Assembly (NCBI GenBank): GCA_963722805.1
Contig: CAVROQ010000033.1
Span: forward strand, 198,619-262,618
DNA from: an uncultured Gammaproteobacteria bacterium
Lineage (GTDB): Bacteria; Pseudomonadota; Gammaproteobacteria; Pseudomonadales; JAHEGP01
Length of the DNA: 64,000 nt
Reading direction: 5' to 3'
The notes under the pieces were generated by a model. That model worked only from the letters and a program-made list of their open reading frames with translations. It did not search any database and was not told the origin of the DNA. This document shows positions 17,977 through 27,457 of this stretch, one piece after another. A program made the translations under genes and the position numbers. Within the stretch, counting starts at the first letter, position 1; the number at the start of each line of letters is the position of its first letter.

Positions 17977-18285
17977 ATGACACAGTTAAAGGCAGGCAGC
18001 CGTATGCGCAGCTCGGTTTGCGCGACCGAGGTGATGGTGATTGCCGCTCCCGCTGCTGACACAGAAGTGAGTTGTGGTGGCGCGGTGATGATTGCCATGA
18101 CGGAGCAGCCCGCCGGTGGTGAAGTTGACGCCGAGCATGCCGGCGGGACCTTGCTGGGCAAGCGCTATGTTAACGAGGCCGGCGACCTGGAGTTACTCTG
18201 TACCAAGCCCGGGGACGGTTCTTTGTCGGCTAACGGTGTGACTTTGTTGCACAAAGAAGCCAAGCCCCTGCCGTCGTCGGATTAG
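17977..18285 (+). CDS. Small hypothetical protein (102 aa) with an internal two-fold repeat
   Basis: First ORF after promoter copy A. Two related segments (VCATEVMVIAAPAADTEVSCGGAVM and GDLELLCTKPGDGSLSANGVTLL). No recognisable family. Confidence 0.4.
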   Translation: MTQLKAGSRMRSSVCATEVMVIAAPAADTEVSCGGAVMIAMTEQPAGGEVDAEHAGGTLLGKRYVNEAGDLELLCTKPGDGSLSANGVTLLHKEAKPLPSSD

Positions 18286-18356
18286 TCCGGATACTGCAGG
18301 CGGTTACGCGTTTGCTGGTGCAGTATTGGGGCTGTGCGGTCCACGGGGACTTGAGC

Positions 18357-19856
18357 ATGAATATAATGATGTTGCTGGAGATGGCGTCCCAGGGTTTTGG
18401 CGAGCGTATTGCTTTTACCCACGGTGACGATTCACTCACATACAAGGAGTTGTATCACGCAGCCGGTGCTGCCGCTGCCTATATTCGTGAGTCGGGCTGT
18501 AGTTATGTGGCGATGCTGGATGTCAGCAGTCTGGCGGCGCCGGTGGCTTTGTTTGGCAGCGCCTGGGCGGGGGTCGCCTATGTGCCGATCAACTATCGCC
18601 TCGCCGGGCATGAAATCAAGGCTTTGTTGGAGCGGGTGGAACCGGCGCTATTGATTACCGGGGCCGATCAACAGCATGAATTCAGTGGTCACGCCAACAT
18701 CCATCCATTGCAGCGCGATAAGTTTCTCGCTCTGGCTCGCAACGGTAATCCGCCCGGGCCGGACTGGTCAATGGACGCTGAGGATACCGGGGTGTTGCTA
18801 TTCACCAGTGGCACTACCGGTGCCCCCAAGGCTGCGCTGCTGCGCCAGAAGCATCTGGTATCTTATATTCTTGGCTCCGTAGAATTCATGTCGGCGGCAG
18901 AAGACGATGCGGCGTTAGTGTGTGTGCCGCCCTATCATGTGGCGGGCATTTCTGCGATGTCGAGTTCTGTATATTCCGGGCGAAGGGTCGTACAGCTGTC
19001 CGATTTTGAGCCCCGCGCCTGGCTCGACCTGGTGCGGCAAGAACGCATCAGCAATGCTTTTGTGGTGCCGACTATGTTGGCGCACATTATCGAAACGGTT
19101 GAGCGCGACGGCGATACGGCGCTACCCAGCCTGCGTTCGCTGGCTTACGGTGGCGGCAAGATGCCGCTATCGGTTATTGAGCATGCGATGCGCCTGTTCC
19201 CCAATGCTGAATTCACTAACGCTTATGGTTTAACCGAAACCAGCTCTACGGTTGCGGTGCTGTGCCCGCAGGATCATCGCCTTGCCGCAGCCAGTGATAA
19301 CCCCGCCATCAGGCGACGTTTGGTGTCGGTGGGCCAGGCCTTACCGGGGGTTGAGGTGCAAATCCGGGATGATGACGGCACACCCCTGGGAGCGGGCCAG
19401 CGCGGCGAAATCTTTGTGCGTGGTGAGCAGGTTTCGGGTGAATATGTGGGGACTGGCAGTCTGCTCGATGCCGCAGGCTGGTTTCCTACCCGGGATGCGG
19501 GTTCGATGGACGCAGACGGTTACTTGTTTCTGGAGGGCCGGGCTGACGATGTCATTGTTCGCGGCGGTGAGAATATGTCGCCGGGTGAAATCGAGGATGT
19601 TTTGCTGGAACATCCGGGGGTTGCCGATGTGGCTATCGTCGGGATTCCGGACGAGCAGTGGGGTGAGGCGGTGGCAGCCGCGGTGGTGCTCAAACCCGGG
19701 CAGTGCGCCGATGCTGCTGCTTTGCAGCAATGGATTAAAGATCGTATGCGCAGCTCCCGGGTACCGAATGTGTTGATGTTCTGGCCGGAGCTTCCCTATA
19801 ACGAAACGGGTAAGTTGTTGCGACGGGTGGTGAAGGCTGAGTTGGCGAAAGCCTGA
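18357..19856 (+). CDS. AMP-dependent acyl-CoA synthetase/ligase
   Basis: ORF 18312..19856 trimmed to ATG 18357. AMP-binding motif LLFTSGTTGAPKAALL. Later YGLTETS, GWFPTRD and GKLLRR motifs of adenylate-forming enzymes. Confidence 0.85.
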   Translation: MNIMMLLEMASQGFGERIAFTHGDDSLTYKELYHAAGAAAAYIRESGCSYVAMLDVSSLAAPVALFGSAWAGVAYVPINYRLAGHEIKALLERVEPALLITGADQQHEFSGHANIHPLQRDKFLALARNGNPPGPDWSMDAEDTGVLLFTSGTTGAPKAALLRQKHLVSYILGSVEFMSAAEDDAALVCVPPYHVAGISAMSSSVYSGRRVVQLSDFEPRAWLDLVRQERISNAFVVPTMLAHIIETVERDGDTALPSLRSLAYGGGKMPLSVIEHAMRLFPNAEFTNAYGLTETSSTVAVLCPQDHRLAAASDNPAIRRRLVSVGQALPGVEVQIRDDDGTPLGAGQRGEIFVRGEQVSGEYVGTGSLLDAAGWFPTRDAGSMDADGYLFLEGRADDVIVRGGENMSPGEIEDVLLEHPGVADVAIVGIPDEQWGEAVAAAVVLKPGQCADAAALQQWIKDRMRSSRVPNVLMFWPELPYNETGKLLRRVVKAELAKA

Positions 19857-19910
19857 ATCTTGCAACCGGCAGAGTATTCCTTCATCTGTTCGATATTGAT
19901 TGTGGCGATT

Positions 19911-20738
19911 GGCCACTCCAAACCGTGACTCGCCGTGAACCCATCCATGGGGGCTCGGGCGCCGGGTCCTACCGGCGCACGGTCCCGGTCCGGAGCGGCC
20001 AATCGCTGGCGTGTATTTGAGTGTATTCCGGTATTTCATGCGGTTTGTTGTCGGACACTATGGGATTTGCGTAGTGCTGAATTGGCGCTGGGCCTCTCCA
20101 AACCGGGACTCGCCGTGAACCCATCCCTGGGGGCTCGGGCGCCGGGTCCCACCGGCGCACGGTCCCGGTCCGGAGCGGCCAATCGCTGGCGTGTATTTGA
20201 GTGTATTCCGGTATTTCATGCGGTTTGTTGTCGGACACTATGGGATTTGCGTAGTGCTGAATTGGCGCTGGGCCACTCCAAACCGTGACTCGCCGTGAAC
20301 CCATCCCTGGGGGCTCGGGCGCCGGGTCCCACCGGCGCACGGTCCCGGTCCGGAGCGGCCAATCGCTGGCGTGTATTTGAGTGTATTCCGGTATTTCATG
20401 CGGTTTGTTGTCGGACACTATGGGATTTGCGTAGTGCTGAATTGGCGCTGGGCCACTCCAAACCGTGACTCGCCGTGAACCCATCCCTGGGGGCTCGGGC
20501 GCCGGGTCCCACCGGCGCACGGTCCCGGTCCGGAGCGGCCAGTCGCTGGCGTGTATTTGAGTGTATTCCGGTATTTCATGCGGTTTGTTGTCGGACACTA
20601 TGGGATTTGCGTAGTGCTGAATTGGCGCTGGGCCACTCCAAACCGTGACTCGCCGTGAACCCATCCCTGGGGGCTCGGGCGCCGGGTCCCACCGGCGCAC
20701 GGTCCCGGTCCGGAGTGGCCAAGCGCTGCATGTATTTG
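19911..20738. repeat. Tandem array of a 180-bp unit, 4.6 copies, over 98 percent identical
   Basis: Units start at 19911, 20091, 20271, 20451 and 20631; the last is partial and decays after about 20738. Only about 5 substitutions across the full copies. Sits between two convergent genes. Confidence 0.95.
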
Positions 20739-20780
20739 TGCTTTCTGGCGCCTAGTTGCGGATGATCACCGCGGTGGAGG

Positions 20781-21548
20781 TTATTTTGGCTTGAGGTTGA
20801 TAAGACCTTTGATCAGGTCCTTGGCGGCTTCAGCAGGCGCGCCTTCCAGGTGTTTGTCAATAAATGCGTCTGCGCCTTGTTGCGAGGCGACTTTGGATAC
20901 CGCGTGGCTTAGTGCTGTAGTCACTTCTTTGCCGATTTCAGCTGGCGTCCCCCCTGATACACCGCCGAGGTCCGTCAGTTGCAATGCCGGCAGTTTTGCC
21001 TCATAGCGCTCTGCACCCAGGGCGGTCAGGTCGGCGGCAACGATCCCCTCTTGAAAGGTAAACTGGTCGATACGCAGGCGCTTGGCAGGAGTGCTGTTGG
21101 CAGGGGTGTCATCGGTGGGTTCAGTCCGGCCGCCCTTGGCTGAGCTTTTTGCATGTTTGCCAATAACGTCCATATTGGTTTTACCCTCGGTATTGGCCTC
21201 AAGGTTTACTTTAGGTCCAGTTACCAGCACTTGCCTGATAATAATCGGTTCGCCCGAGATTGAAGCCAATTCGATGGCCACCGTAAACTGCTCCAGCTCA
21301 AATGCCGTGCCGTCAGAGAACCCTGGAGGATTGGCGACCTTCAAGCCGCGGATGGTGCCTTCGCCGCTACGTGGTGAAATGCTGACGCTGGCTACCTCGA
21401 CCCGGGTGCCGGTGATCGCCGAGCCGTAGCTTTCAATGGCCTTTTTTACCAGCGGGTCGAGGTTGGATGAGAGGTAGTAGGCAGCTGCAACGACCAGGAG
21501 TATAACCAGGGCAATCGAGCCCAACACAATATTGCGAGTCTTCATCAA
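20781..21548 (-). CDS. Hypothetical membrane-anchored protein
   Basis: 255 aa. A single N-terminal TM helix (IVLGSIALVILLVVAAAYYL) followed by a soluble domain. No motif I can name. Confidence 0.5.
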   Translation of the reverse strand: MMKTRNIVLGSIALVILLVVAAAYYLSSNLDPLVKKAIESYGSAITGTRVEVASVSISPRSGEGTIRGLKVANPPGFSDGTAFELEQFTVAIELASISGEPIIIRQVLVTGPKVNLEANTEGKTNMDVIGKHAKSSAKGGRTEPTDDTPANSTPAKRLRIDQFTFQEGIVAADLTALGAERYEAKLPALQLTDLGGVSGGTPAEIGKEVTTALSHAVSKVASQQGADAFIDKHLEGAPAEAAKDLIKGLINLKPK

Positions 21549-21576
21549 AATTCCTTTAAAGGTTTGTATTCAGGCC

Positions 21577-22758
21577 TTAGTCGGTGTTGACGATGTTATC
21601 GATAAGCCCCCAATCGAGGGCGGTCCTGGCGTCTATCGCCTGCCCTGAAAGCGCCAGCCAGGCACAACGGTGTCTGCCGATACGTCGCAGGACGCTCACC
21701 GTACCTCCAGCGCCGGGTATCAGGCCGAAGGACACTTCAGGCAGTTTAAAAAAGCTGTCCGCCTGGGCTTGTATATGGTGACAGAAAGCCGGAAGTTCAA
21801 TGCCGGCGCCGATACAGGCGCCATGTACATGGCATTCGATGCGCTCGGCATTATCGTTTATCAGACGCCCGGCACTGCGCATCGAACGCACTGCATGGGC
21901 GCTGGCGGCGTCGGGCAGGGTGCCGAATTCGTCGAGGTCGCCACCGGCAGAAAAGTGTTTGCCATTGCCGCAGATAGTGGCAATGGTGATGCTGGTATCG
22001 GTTGCCAGCAGGTGCAGGGCCTCAACCAGGCCGTCGCGCATGGCAACGGAAAAGGCGTTGGCGCGGTCGGGCCGATTCAGCTCTATTGTCAGCCGCTTGT
22101 CCACGCGATGGTAGATTACTGCCGGCTGTGTTTGGTGTTCAGTGCCCGGCGGTTTTTTTTGTTTGATAAAGCGTCGGAACTCAGCCCCTCCTTGCAGTGT
22201 TGAATAGGCCAGCGATTCCGCCAGCAAGCCATCGCTGATAGATGCACGCTCATTGTGACGTAAGAGCTGCACCAGGGTCATGGCGGCGATGGGATTATTG
22301 CGAATGTTGCTACAAAGTGCCTCGGCATCCTCTGTGGTATTTACCGTGGTGTCGCACAGTGGCCCGGCGGTGTCTGGTATGGACCCCACGGCTATAACAG
22401 GACAACACAGCTGCGGCAGATATGCCTGTAACTGCCGCGCCTGGGATACAGTCACCGCCTGCAAATCCAGTAGCAGGAATGGCTGCTCCCCGAAGGGTGA
22501 AAAGTTCTCGCTGGCCGCTGGACTTGCCAGCTGTAACAAAATTTCGGCGGCGCTGTGTAAGTGATTGGGCATGGTCGGTGCGGATCTGTCCCGGGGGCTT
22601 TGTTTTGGATTCAGGTTGACGGTAACACAAAAGTGGGCATGCTCTAAGGCGCCTCGGGTGATTTTGCTATCACCTATCGGGTCGCTCGCTGAAGCTGCGG
22701 GGGCCAGAGCAGAGTAGGCTCTCACTGCCAGCTCTGCTGATGGGACACTAGCAGCCAT
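21577..22758 (-). CDS. Enoyl-CoA hydratase/isomerase family protein with a ~190-aa N-terminal extension (start uncertain)
   Basis: The C-terminal ~200 aa is crotonase-like (LTIELNRPDRANAF...GNGKHFSAGGDLDEFG...HGACIGAGIELPAFC). An alternative start at ATG 22572 is possible. Confidence 0.65.
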   Translation of the reverse strand: MAASVPSAELAVRAYSALAPAASASDPIGDSKITRGALEHAHFCVTVNLNPKQSPRDRSAPTMPNHLHSAAEILLQLASPAASENFSPFGEQPFLLLDLQAVTVSQARQLQAYLPQLCCPVIAVGSIPDTAGPLCDTTVNTTEDAEALCSNIRNNPIAAMTLVQLLRHNERASISDGLLAESLAYSTLQGGAEFRRFIKQKKPPGTEHQTQPAVIYHRVDKRLTIELNRPDRANAFSVAMRDGLVEALHLLATDTSITIATICGNGKHFSAGGDLDEFGTLPDAASAHAVRSMRSAGRLINDNAERIECHVHGACIGAGIELPAFCHHIQAQADSFFKLPEVSFGLIPGAGGTVSVLRRIGRHRCAWLALSGQAIDARTALDWGLIDNIVNTD

Positions 22759-22818
22759 CTTGGCGTGAAAATCGGATATTATTCAAACTCCTATTCACCT
22801 AACCAACCCTGACTTTCT

Positions 22819-23772
22819 ATGGATACTATCGATCAGCAAGTTCTTAGGCAGTTGCAGCATTGGCTGCAAGCGGGGCAGGCCTGCTGGCTGTGCACCATCG
22901 TTGGCACCTTGGGGTCGTCGCCGCGTCCGGTGGGCTCACTACTTGCCTGTAACGATGCCGGCCAATGGGTTGGATCCCTCTCGGGTGGTTGTGTTGAGGA
23001 TGATTTACTGGAGCGCCTCGCCCGCGGTGAGCTGGCCCGGGCTAAACCGGAGTTGGTCGAGTACGGTGTGACCGCCGAGGAGAACGAGCGCCTGGGCTTG
23101 CCCTGTGGCGGGCGGCTCGAGGTGCTGGTGGAAAGCATAGAGGCAGGACAGTTGCCGGCTTTTGACAGCATCATTGCATGTCTCGATCAACGGGTTTGCT
23201 GCCTGCGTGAGCTCGACCTGCAAAGTGGAGAAATACGGGTAAGCCCGACGGATACCTTCCAGCCCCTCGAATACGATTCAGAGTTTTTGCGCCAGGGTTT
23301 TGGCCCGCGCTTTCTGTTATTGCTGGTTGGTGCCGGCCAGTTGGCTCGCAGTTTGGCGCAGATGGCGATGATGCTCGATTATCGGGTGGTGGTTTGCGAT
23401 CCCCGACCCGCCATGATTGCCGATTGGAGCCTGCCCGGGGTGGAGTTGATCCAGGGGATGCCCGACGACGTGGTACGTGAGCGGGTGTTGGACAAGTTTT
23501 CGATAGTGATTACCCTGACCCACGATCCACGCATCGATGACATGGCCTTGATGGAAGCCCTCACTTCACCCGCCTGTTATATTGGCGCCCTGGGGTCGGT
23601 GCGCACCAGCGCCAAGCGACGCGAGCGCCTGCCGCAGTTGGGCTTGAGCCAGCAGCAGATTGATCGGCTGCATGCACCGGTAGGATTGAGTATCGGTAGC
23701 AAGACACCACCTGAAATTGCCATCGCTATTCTTGCAGAGTTGACCCGCATGCGGCGCCAGGGATTGGCGTGA
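22819..23772 (+). CDS. xdhC: XdhC/CoxI-family molybdoenzyme maturation factor
   Basis: 317 aa. N-terminal XdhC_CoxI-like block (TIVGTLGSSPRPVGSLL) and a Rossmann-like LLLVGAGQLARSLAQMA...VVVCDPRP. Confidence 0.8.
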   Translation: MDTIDQQVLRQLQHWLQAGQACWLCTIVGTLGSSPRPVGSLLACNDAGQWVGSLSGGCVEDDLLERLARGELARAKPELVEYGVTAEENERLGLPCGGRLEVLVESIEAGQLPAFDSIIACLDQRVCCLRELDLQSGEIRVSPTDTFQPLEYDSEFLRQGFGPRFLLLLVGAGQLARSLAQMAMMLDYRVVVCDPRPAMIADWSLPGVELIQGMPDDVVRERVLDKFSIVITLTHDPRIDDMALMEALTSPACYIGALGSVRTSAKRRERLPQLGLSQQQIDRLHAPVGLSIGSKTPPEIAIAILAELTRMRRQGLA

Positions 23773-24350
23773 AAGTTGGCGCATTATTGCTGGCAGCGGG
23801 CGCCTCGCGGCGCTTTGGCGCCGACAAGCGCTGTGTGCAGCTGAACTCTGGTGACACGCTGTTGGCGACCAGCTTGCAGCTCTACCTGGATGCTGTCGGC
23901 AGTTGCGTCGTGGTGATCGACCAAAGTGATGAGGCCTTGAAACCCGATTTAATAGCGCGGGGTGCGACCCTGGTCGAGGTGCCGGGTCGTAAACGCGGCT
24001 TGGGGATGGGTGATAGCCTGGCCTCTGGCATGGGCTATATTGCCGCTCAGGAGTACGATGCCTGCCTGGTTGCGCTAGCCGATATGCCCTGGGTCGCGCC
24101 GGCTACGCTGCTGGCGCTGGTCACTGCCCTTGCTGACGCGCCATTGGTGGTGCCGGTGTGGCAGGGTCGCCGGGGTCATCCGGTAGGTTTTCGAGCGTGT
24201 TATTTTCCTGAGTTGTGTCAACTCAGTGGCGATAGTGGGGCTCGCGCGGTGCTCCAACGCCATCGTTCATCGTTGTTGCAGCTGCCGGTAGACGACCCGG
24301 CAGTGCTGCGTGACGTGGATACCGTCGTCGACCTGCTGCGCCAGCCATAA
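23769..24350 (+). CDS. MobA-like NTP transferase, probable molybdenum cofactor cytidylyl/guanylyltransferase (MocA/MobA type)
   Basis: 193 aa. GTG start overlaps the xdhC stop by 4 nt. N-terminal GALLLAAGASRRFGADKR nucleotide-binding signature. Confidence 0.7.
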   Translation: MKVGALLLAAGASRRFGADKRCVQLNSGDTLLATSLQLYLDAVGSCVVVIDQSDEALKPDLIARGATLVEVPGRKRGLGMGDSLASGMGYIAAQEYDACLVALADMPWVAPATLLALVTALADAPLVVPVWQGRRGHPVGFRACYFPELCQLSGDSGARAVLQRHRSSLLQLPVDDPAVLRDVDTVVDLLRQP

Positions 24351-24395
24351 CGCCATCGTGTCCGGTCTCGACGCCGCGTCGCTCAGCGTCATACA

Positions 24396-24410
24396 ATAGT
24401 CGACTATAAT
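24396..24410 (+). promoter_or_regulatory. 12-bp perfect palindrome ATAGTCGACTAT overlapping a consensus TATAAT, upstream of the AraC-family gene
   Basis: Read directly. Palindrome at 24396-24407 and TATAAT at 24405-24410, 43 nt upstream of ATG 24453. Confidence 0.35.
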
Positions 24411-24452
24411 TGTCGGAAAACAACGTGTCGGAAAATATGAACCCGCCCACTG

Positions 24453-25454
24453 ATGTCTAGCCCAACCCAATCCACCAATAAAATCACTTTCTATATTGCC
24501 CGTATGGCACAGCGGGGTTTTAGCAGTGAGCAAGTGCTGGAGGGTTCGGGGCTGGCGCTGGATGAGGTGCAGGGGGAGCAATACCGCCCCTCGCCAGATC
24601 AATACCGGGTCATTATTGGCAATATGTTGCGCCTCTCTGGCGACCGCTTTCTGGGTATCGGCATCGGTTCAGAATTTAAAATCAGCGAGCTGGGTGTGCT
24701 GGGCTATGCGGCGCTGAGCAGCGCCAATCTCGCTCAGTCGCGTGAGCTGTTTATTAAGTACGACGCGCTGGTTGAGCACATACTGACCCCGAATACTGAG
24801 GTCGGCAACGGCAAATGGGTGACCGAATTGGTGGAGACCTTCCCGCTGGGGGAGATCCTGCCATTTGCAGTGGAGGAGTTTGTCAGTCGCACCGTGGGCC
24901 TGGCGTCGAGCCTGACCAATCGCCCTTTTCCGGTGCTGGAGTTGCGCCTTAGCTATCCGCCACCCCCGGAGCTGGACGCCTATCGCCGTGCATTTGACTG
25001 CCCCATGCTGTTTAACCAGCCGCGCAACCTGGTGTACTGGGACATCAACTGTCTTGCGGACCCGATAAGCCTCGCCAACCAAGATGTGTTCAAGCTGTGT
25101 GAACAGCAGTGCCAGATGTTGGTGAATAAGCTGGCCGACGGCAGCTTGCTGTCGAGCAATATTCGGGACGCGCTGGTGAAAACACCTGGCGAATTTCCTT
25201 CACTGGAGGCCATGGCGCGGCGGCTGAAAATGGGCTCTCGCACACTGCGTCGCAGACTGGTGAAAGAAAACCTGACCTATCAGCAGATTCTTGACGACAC
25301 CCGCAAAGACCTTGCCATCCAGTATCTGGAGTATACCTCGCTGACACCCAAGGAGATCGGCTACCTGCTGGGCTATAACAGCGTCAGCAATTTTCGCCGT
25401 GCGTTCAAGGGCTGGACCGGTAAGAAACTGACCGACTATCGCCAGAATGGCTAG
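24453..25454 (+). CDS. AraC-family transcriptional regulator
   Basis: 333 aa. C-terminal double-HTH region (SLEAMARRLKMGSRTLRRRL...YLLGYNSVSNFRRAFKGWTG). N-terminal ligand/dimerisation domain. The only regulator gene in the window. Confidence 0.85.
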   Translation: MSSPTQSTNKITFYIARMAQRGFSSEQVLEGSGLALDEVQGEQYRPSPDQYRVIIGNMLRLSGDRFLGIGIGSEFKISELGVLGYAALSSANLAQSRELFIKYDALVEHILTPNTEVGNGKWVTELVETFPLGEILPFAVEEFVSRTVGLASSLTNRPFPVLELRLSYPPPPELDAYRRAFDCPMLFNQPRNLVYWDINCLADPISLANQDVFKLCEQQCQMLVNKLADGSLLSSNIRDALVKTPGEFPSLEAMARRLKMGSRTLRRRLVKENLTYQQILDDTRKDLAIQYLEYTSLTPKEIGYLLGYNSVSNFRRAFKGWTGKKLTDYRQNG

Positions 25455-25645
25455 CTGAATTATTCTGCAACACATACGGTTGGCCTGAGAGAGCCAGCGG
25501 TGCAGCGGCCCGCGCTACACCTGATGCACGATGCGGGAGGCACGCGGCGCGGCGTCCTCGTATTACCAGCGCCCCCTGATACACCCCCGCATCGCTCAGG
25601 TCTTTTATTCCCACGCTTGAAGTGCCGCTAGCACCACTGCTGAAA

Positions 25646-27040
25646 TCAGTGATGGAAGCCGCCACCCTCCTGATCTGTAAGCGGCGTCTCGGCAGGATGT
25701 TTTTCCAAATGCTCCATCGCCGCTTTTATGTCGCTCACCAGTAGCGAAACCAGATCACGGCTCACGCCGTGCCGGGCGAGAATGCGCTGGATGGATAGAT
25801 CCTGTCGGTTAGCCGGCAGGGCATAGGCCGGCACCTGCCAGCCGCGGGTCCGCAGGCGGTCCGCCAGGTCGTAGAGGGTGAAACCGGGGTCGGTACCTTC
25901 CTTGATCTTCCAGCACAGCGCTGGAATACCGCGATCCATCTCGCCGCTGTAGATCATTTCGAAGGGGCCCAGTTTTTCGATTTCTTTGGCAACGTACTGT
26001 GCGGCTTGATAGCAGGCGGTGTGGATTTTGCGGTAGCCCTCGAACCCCAGTCGCAGGAAGTTGTAGTACTGGCATACAATCTGCCCACCCGGACGGGAAA
26101 AATTCAGCGCAATGTCGCGCATGTTGCCACCCAGATAGTTGACCCAGAATACCAGCTGTTCGGGCAGATCCTGCTCTTCGCGCCAAATGACCCAGCCCAC
26201 CCCGAGTGGTGCAAGGCCGAATTTGTGTCCCGAAGAGTTGATCGATTTAACCCGTGGCAGGCGGAAGTCCCACACCAGATCGGGCGCGCAGAACGGAGCC
26301 AGGAAGCCGCCGCTAGCGCCGTCGACATGGATCGGTATATCAATACCCGTTTCCTTCTGGAGTTGATCCAGCGCATCCGATACTGCCTGCACCGGTTCAT
26401 ATTCGCCGGTAAAGGTTACGCCCAGCGTGGGCACCACTCCGATTGTGTTTTGGTCGCAGCGTTTGAGCACTTCTTCCGGCGTCATCAGCAGTCTGCCGTT
26501 TTCCATCGGGATCTCGCGATGCTCAATATCCCAATAGCGGGTAAACTTATGCCAGCAGATCTGTACCGGGCCAGTGATCAGGTTCGGCTTGTCTGTCGGG
26601 AGTCCTGCGGCCTTCTGGCGAGCTTCCCAGCGCCGTTTCATCGCCATCCCTCCGAGCATCGCGGCTTCGCTTGACCCGGTAGTCGAGGTGCCGACAGCGT
26701 GTTTGGCCGGCGAGTGCCAGAGGTCCGCCAGCATGTTGACACAGCGCGCTTCGATCTCGGCGGTCTGCGGATACTCATCCTTGTCGACCATATTCTTGTC
26801 GATGCATTCGTCCATCAGCTTGTGCACTTCTGGCTCGGTCCAGGTTTGGCAGAAAGTTGCCAGATTCTGGCGCGAGTTGCCGTCCAGCATGAGCTCATCA
26901 TGGACGCAGGCATAGGCATGCCTGGGATCCTGTTCGTGGGAAGGGAAATGCTTCTTTGGCACGCTCGTTGAGAGATCGCCGGAGGCATAGAGCTCCTCAT
27001 CTGGGCCGCCGTTAAGTGAGCTTTTATCACGTTTGGTCAT
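25646..27040 (-). CDS. gad: Glutamate decarboxylase (PLP-dependent, GadA/GadB type)
   Basis: ORF trimmed to ATG 27040 (AAGGAG 7 nt upstream). PLP-lysine block [22 protein letters not shown] matches the GAD signature. About 464 aa. Confidence 0.9.
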   Translation of the reverse strand: MTKRDKSSLNGGPDEELYASGDLSTSVPKKHFPSHEQDPRHAYACVHDELMLDGNSRQNLATFCQTWTEPEVHKLMDECIDKNMVDKDEYPQTAEIEARCVNMLADLWHSPAKHAVGTSTTGSSEAAMLGGMAMKRRWEARQKAAGLPTDKPNLITGPVQICWHKFTRYWDIEHREIPMENGRLLMTPEEVLKRCDQNTIGVVPTLGVTFTGEYEPVQAVSDALDQLQKETGIDIPIHVDGASGGFLAPFCAPDLVWDFRLPRVKSINSSGHKFGLAPLGVGWVIWREEQDLPEQLVFWVNYLGGNMRDIALNFSRPGGQIVCQYYNFLRLGFEGYRKIHTACYQAAQYVAKEIEKLGPFEMIYSGEMDRGIPALCWKIKEGTDPGFTLYDLADRLRTRGWQVPAYALPANRQDLSIQRILARHGVSRDLVSLLVSDIKAAMEHLEKHPAETPLTDQEGGGFHH

Positions 27041-27196
27041 TATGCTGCTCCTTATTAAGTCCAATGTTTGGCAAATCGTGGTTGGAGCAGGTTTATGATC
27101 TGCTCCGCTATAATGGCTGTCGGGCTTTCACCTGGCTTTTGCGACGGCCGCTGCCGTATTACGTGAGTCCGTGGCATTGGCCGTGGTGATTTATAT

Positions 27197-27416
27197 TCAC
27201 TCTCCTGAAAACTCCAAGGATTGTTCGATATCCCAGCCGACGCCCGGCGCCTTGTAAGGGGCAATGAGATCGACCAGAGTTTGCGCCTGTGTGAGAATCA
27301 GCTGTTCCTGCCGGGAAGTCAGGTTTCTCTGTTCCGCTATCTTTTCCGGATAGATATGTCTCTTGATGATTCCAAGGATGTTCGTGATGACAGAGCGCAG
27401 CAATCTCGATTTTCAT
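27197..27416 (-). CDS. Small hypothetical protein (~73 aa) with an apparent frameshift near codons 5-8
   Basis: ATG 27416 has a good SD (AAGGA, 9-nt spacer), but its frame reads like junk. The protein-like frame (LRSVITNILGIIKRHIYPEKIAEQRNLTSRQEQLILTQAQTLVDLIAPYKAPGVGWDIEQSLEFSGE) starts only at TTG 27403, in another frame. Confidence 0.3.
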
Positions 27417-27457
27417 AATGTAGTGTCCTTCGACAGCACTGCTGAGTGCCGCTTTGT

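Noticed and set aside
19969-20700. 243-aa minus-strand ORF made of four identical 60-aa repeats
   Set aside because: It stays open only because the 180-bp repeat period is a multiple of 3. It has a non-ATG start, no RBS and a Pro/Arg/Trp-rich implausible composition. I treat the region as a non-coding repeat. The alternative 53-codon ORF per unit is noted in the finding but is also weak.
19911-20738. Possible CRISPR array
   Set aside because: The repeats are contiguous head-to-tail with no unique spacers, the unit is 180 bp, and there are no cas genes in the window.
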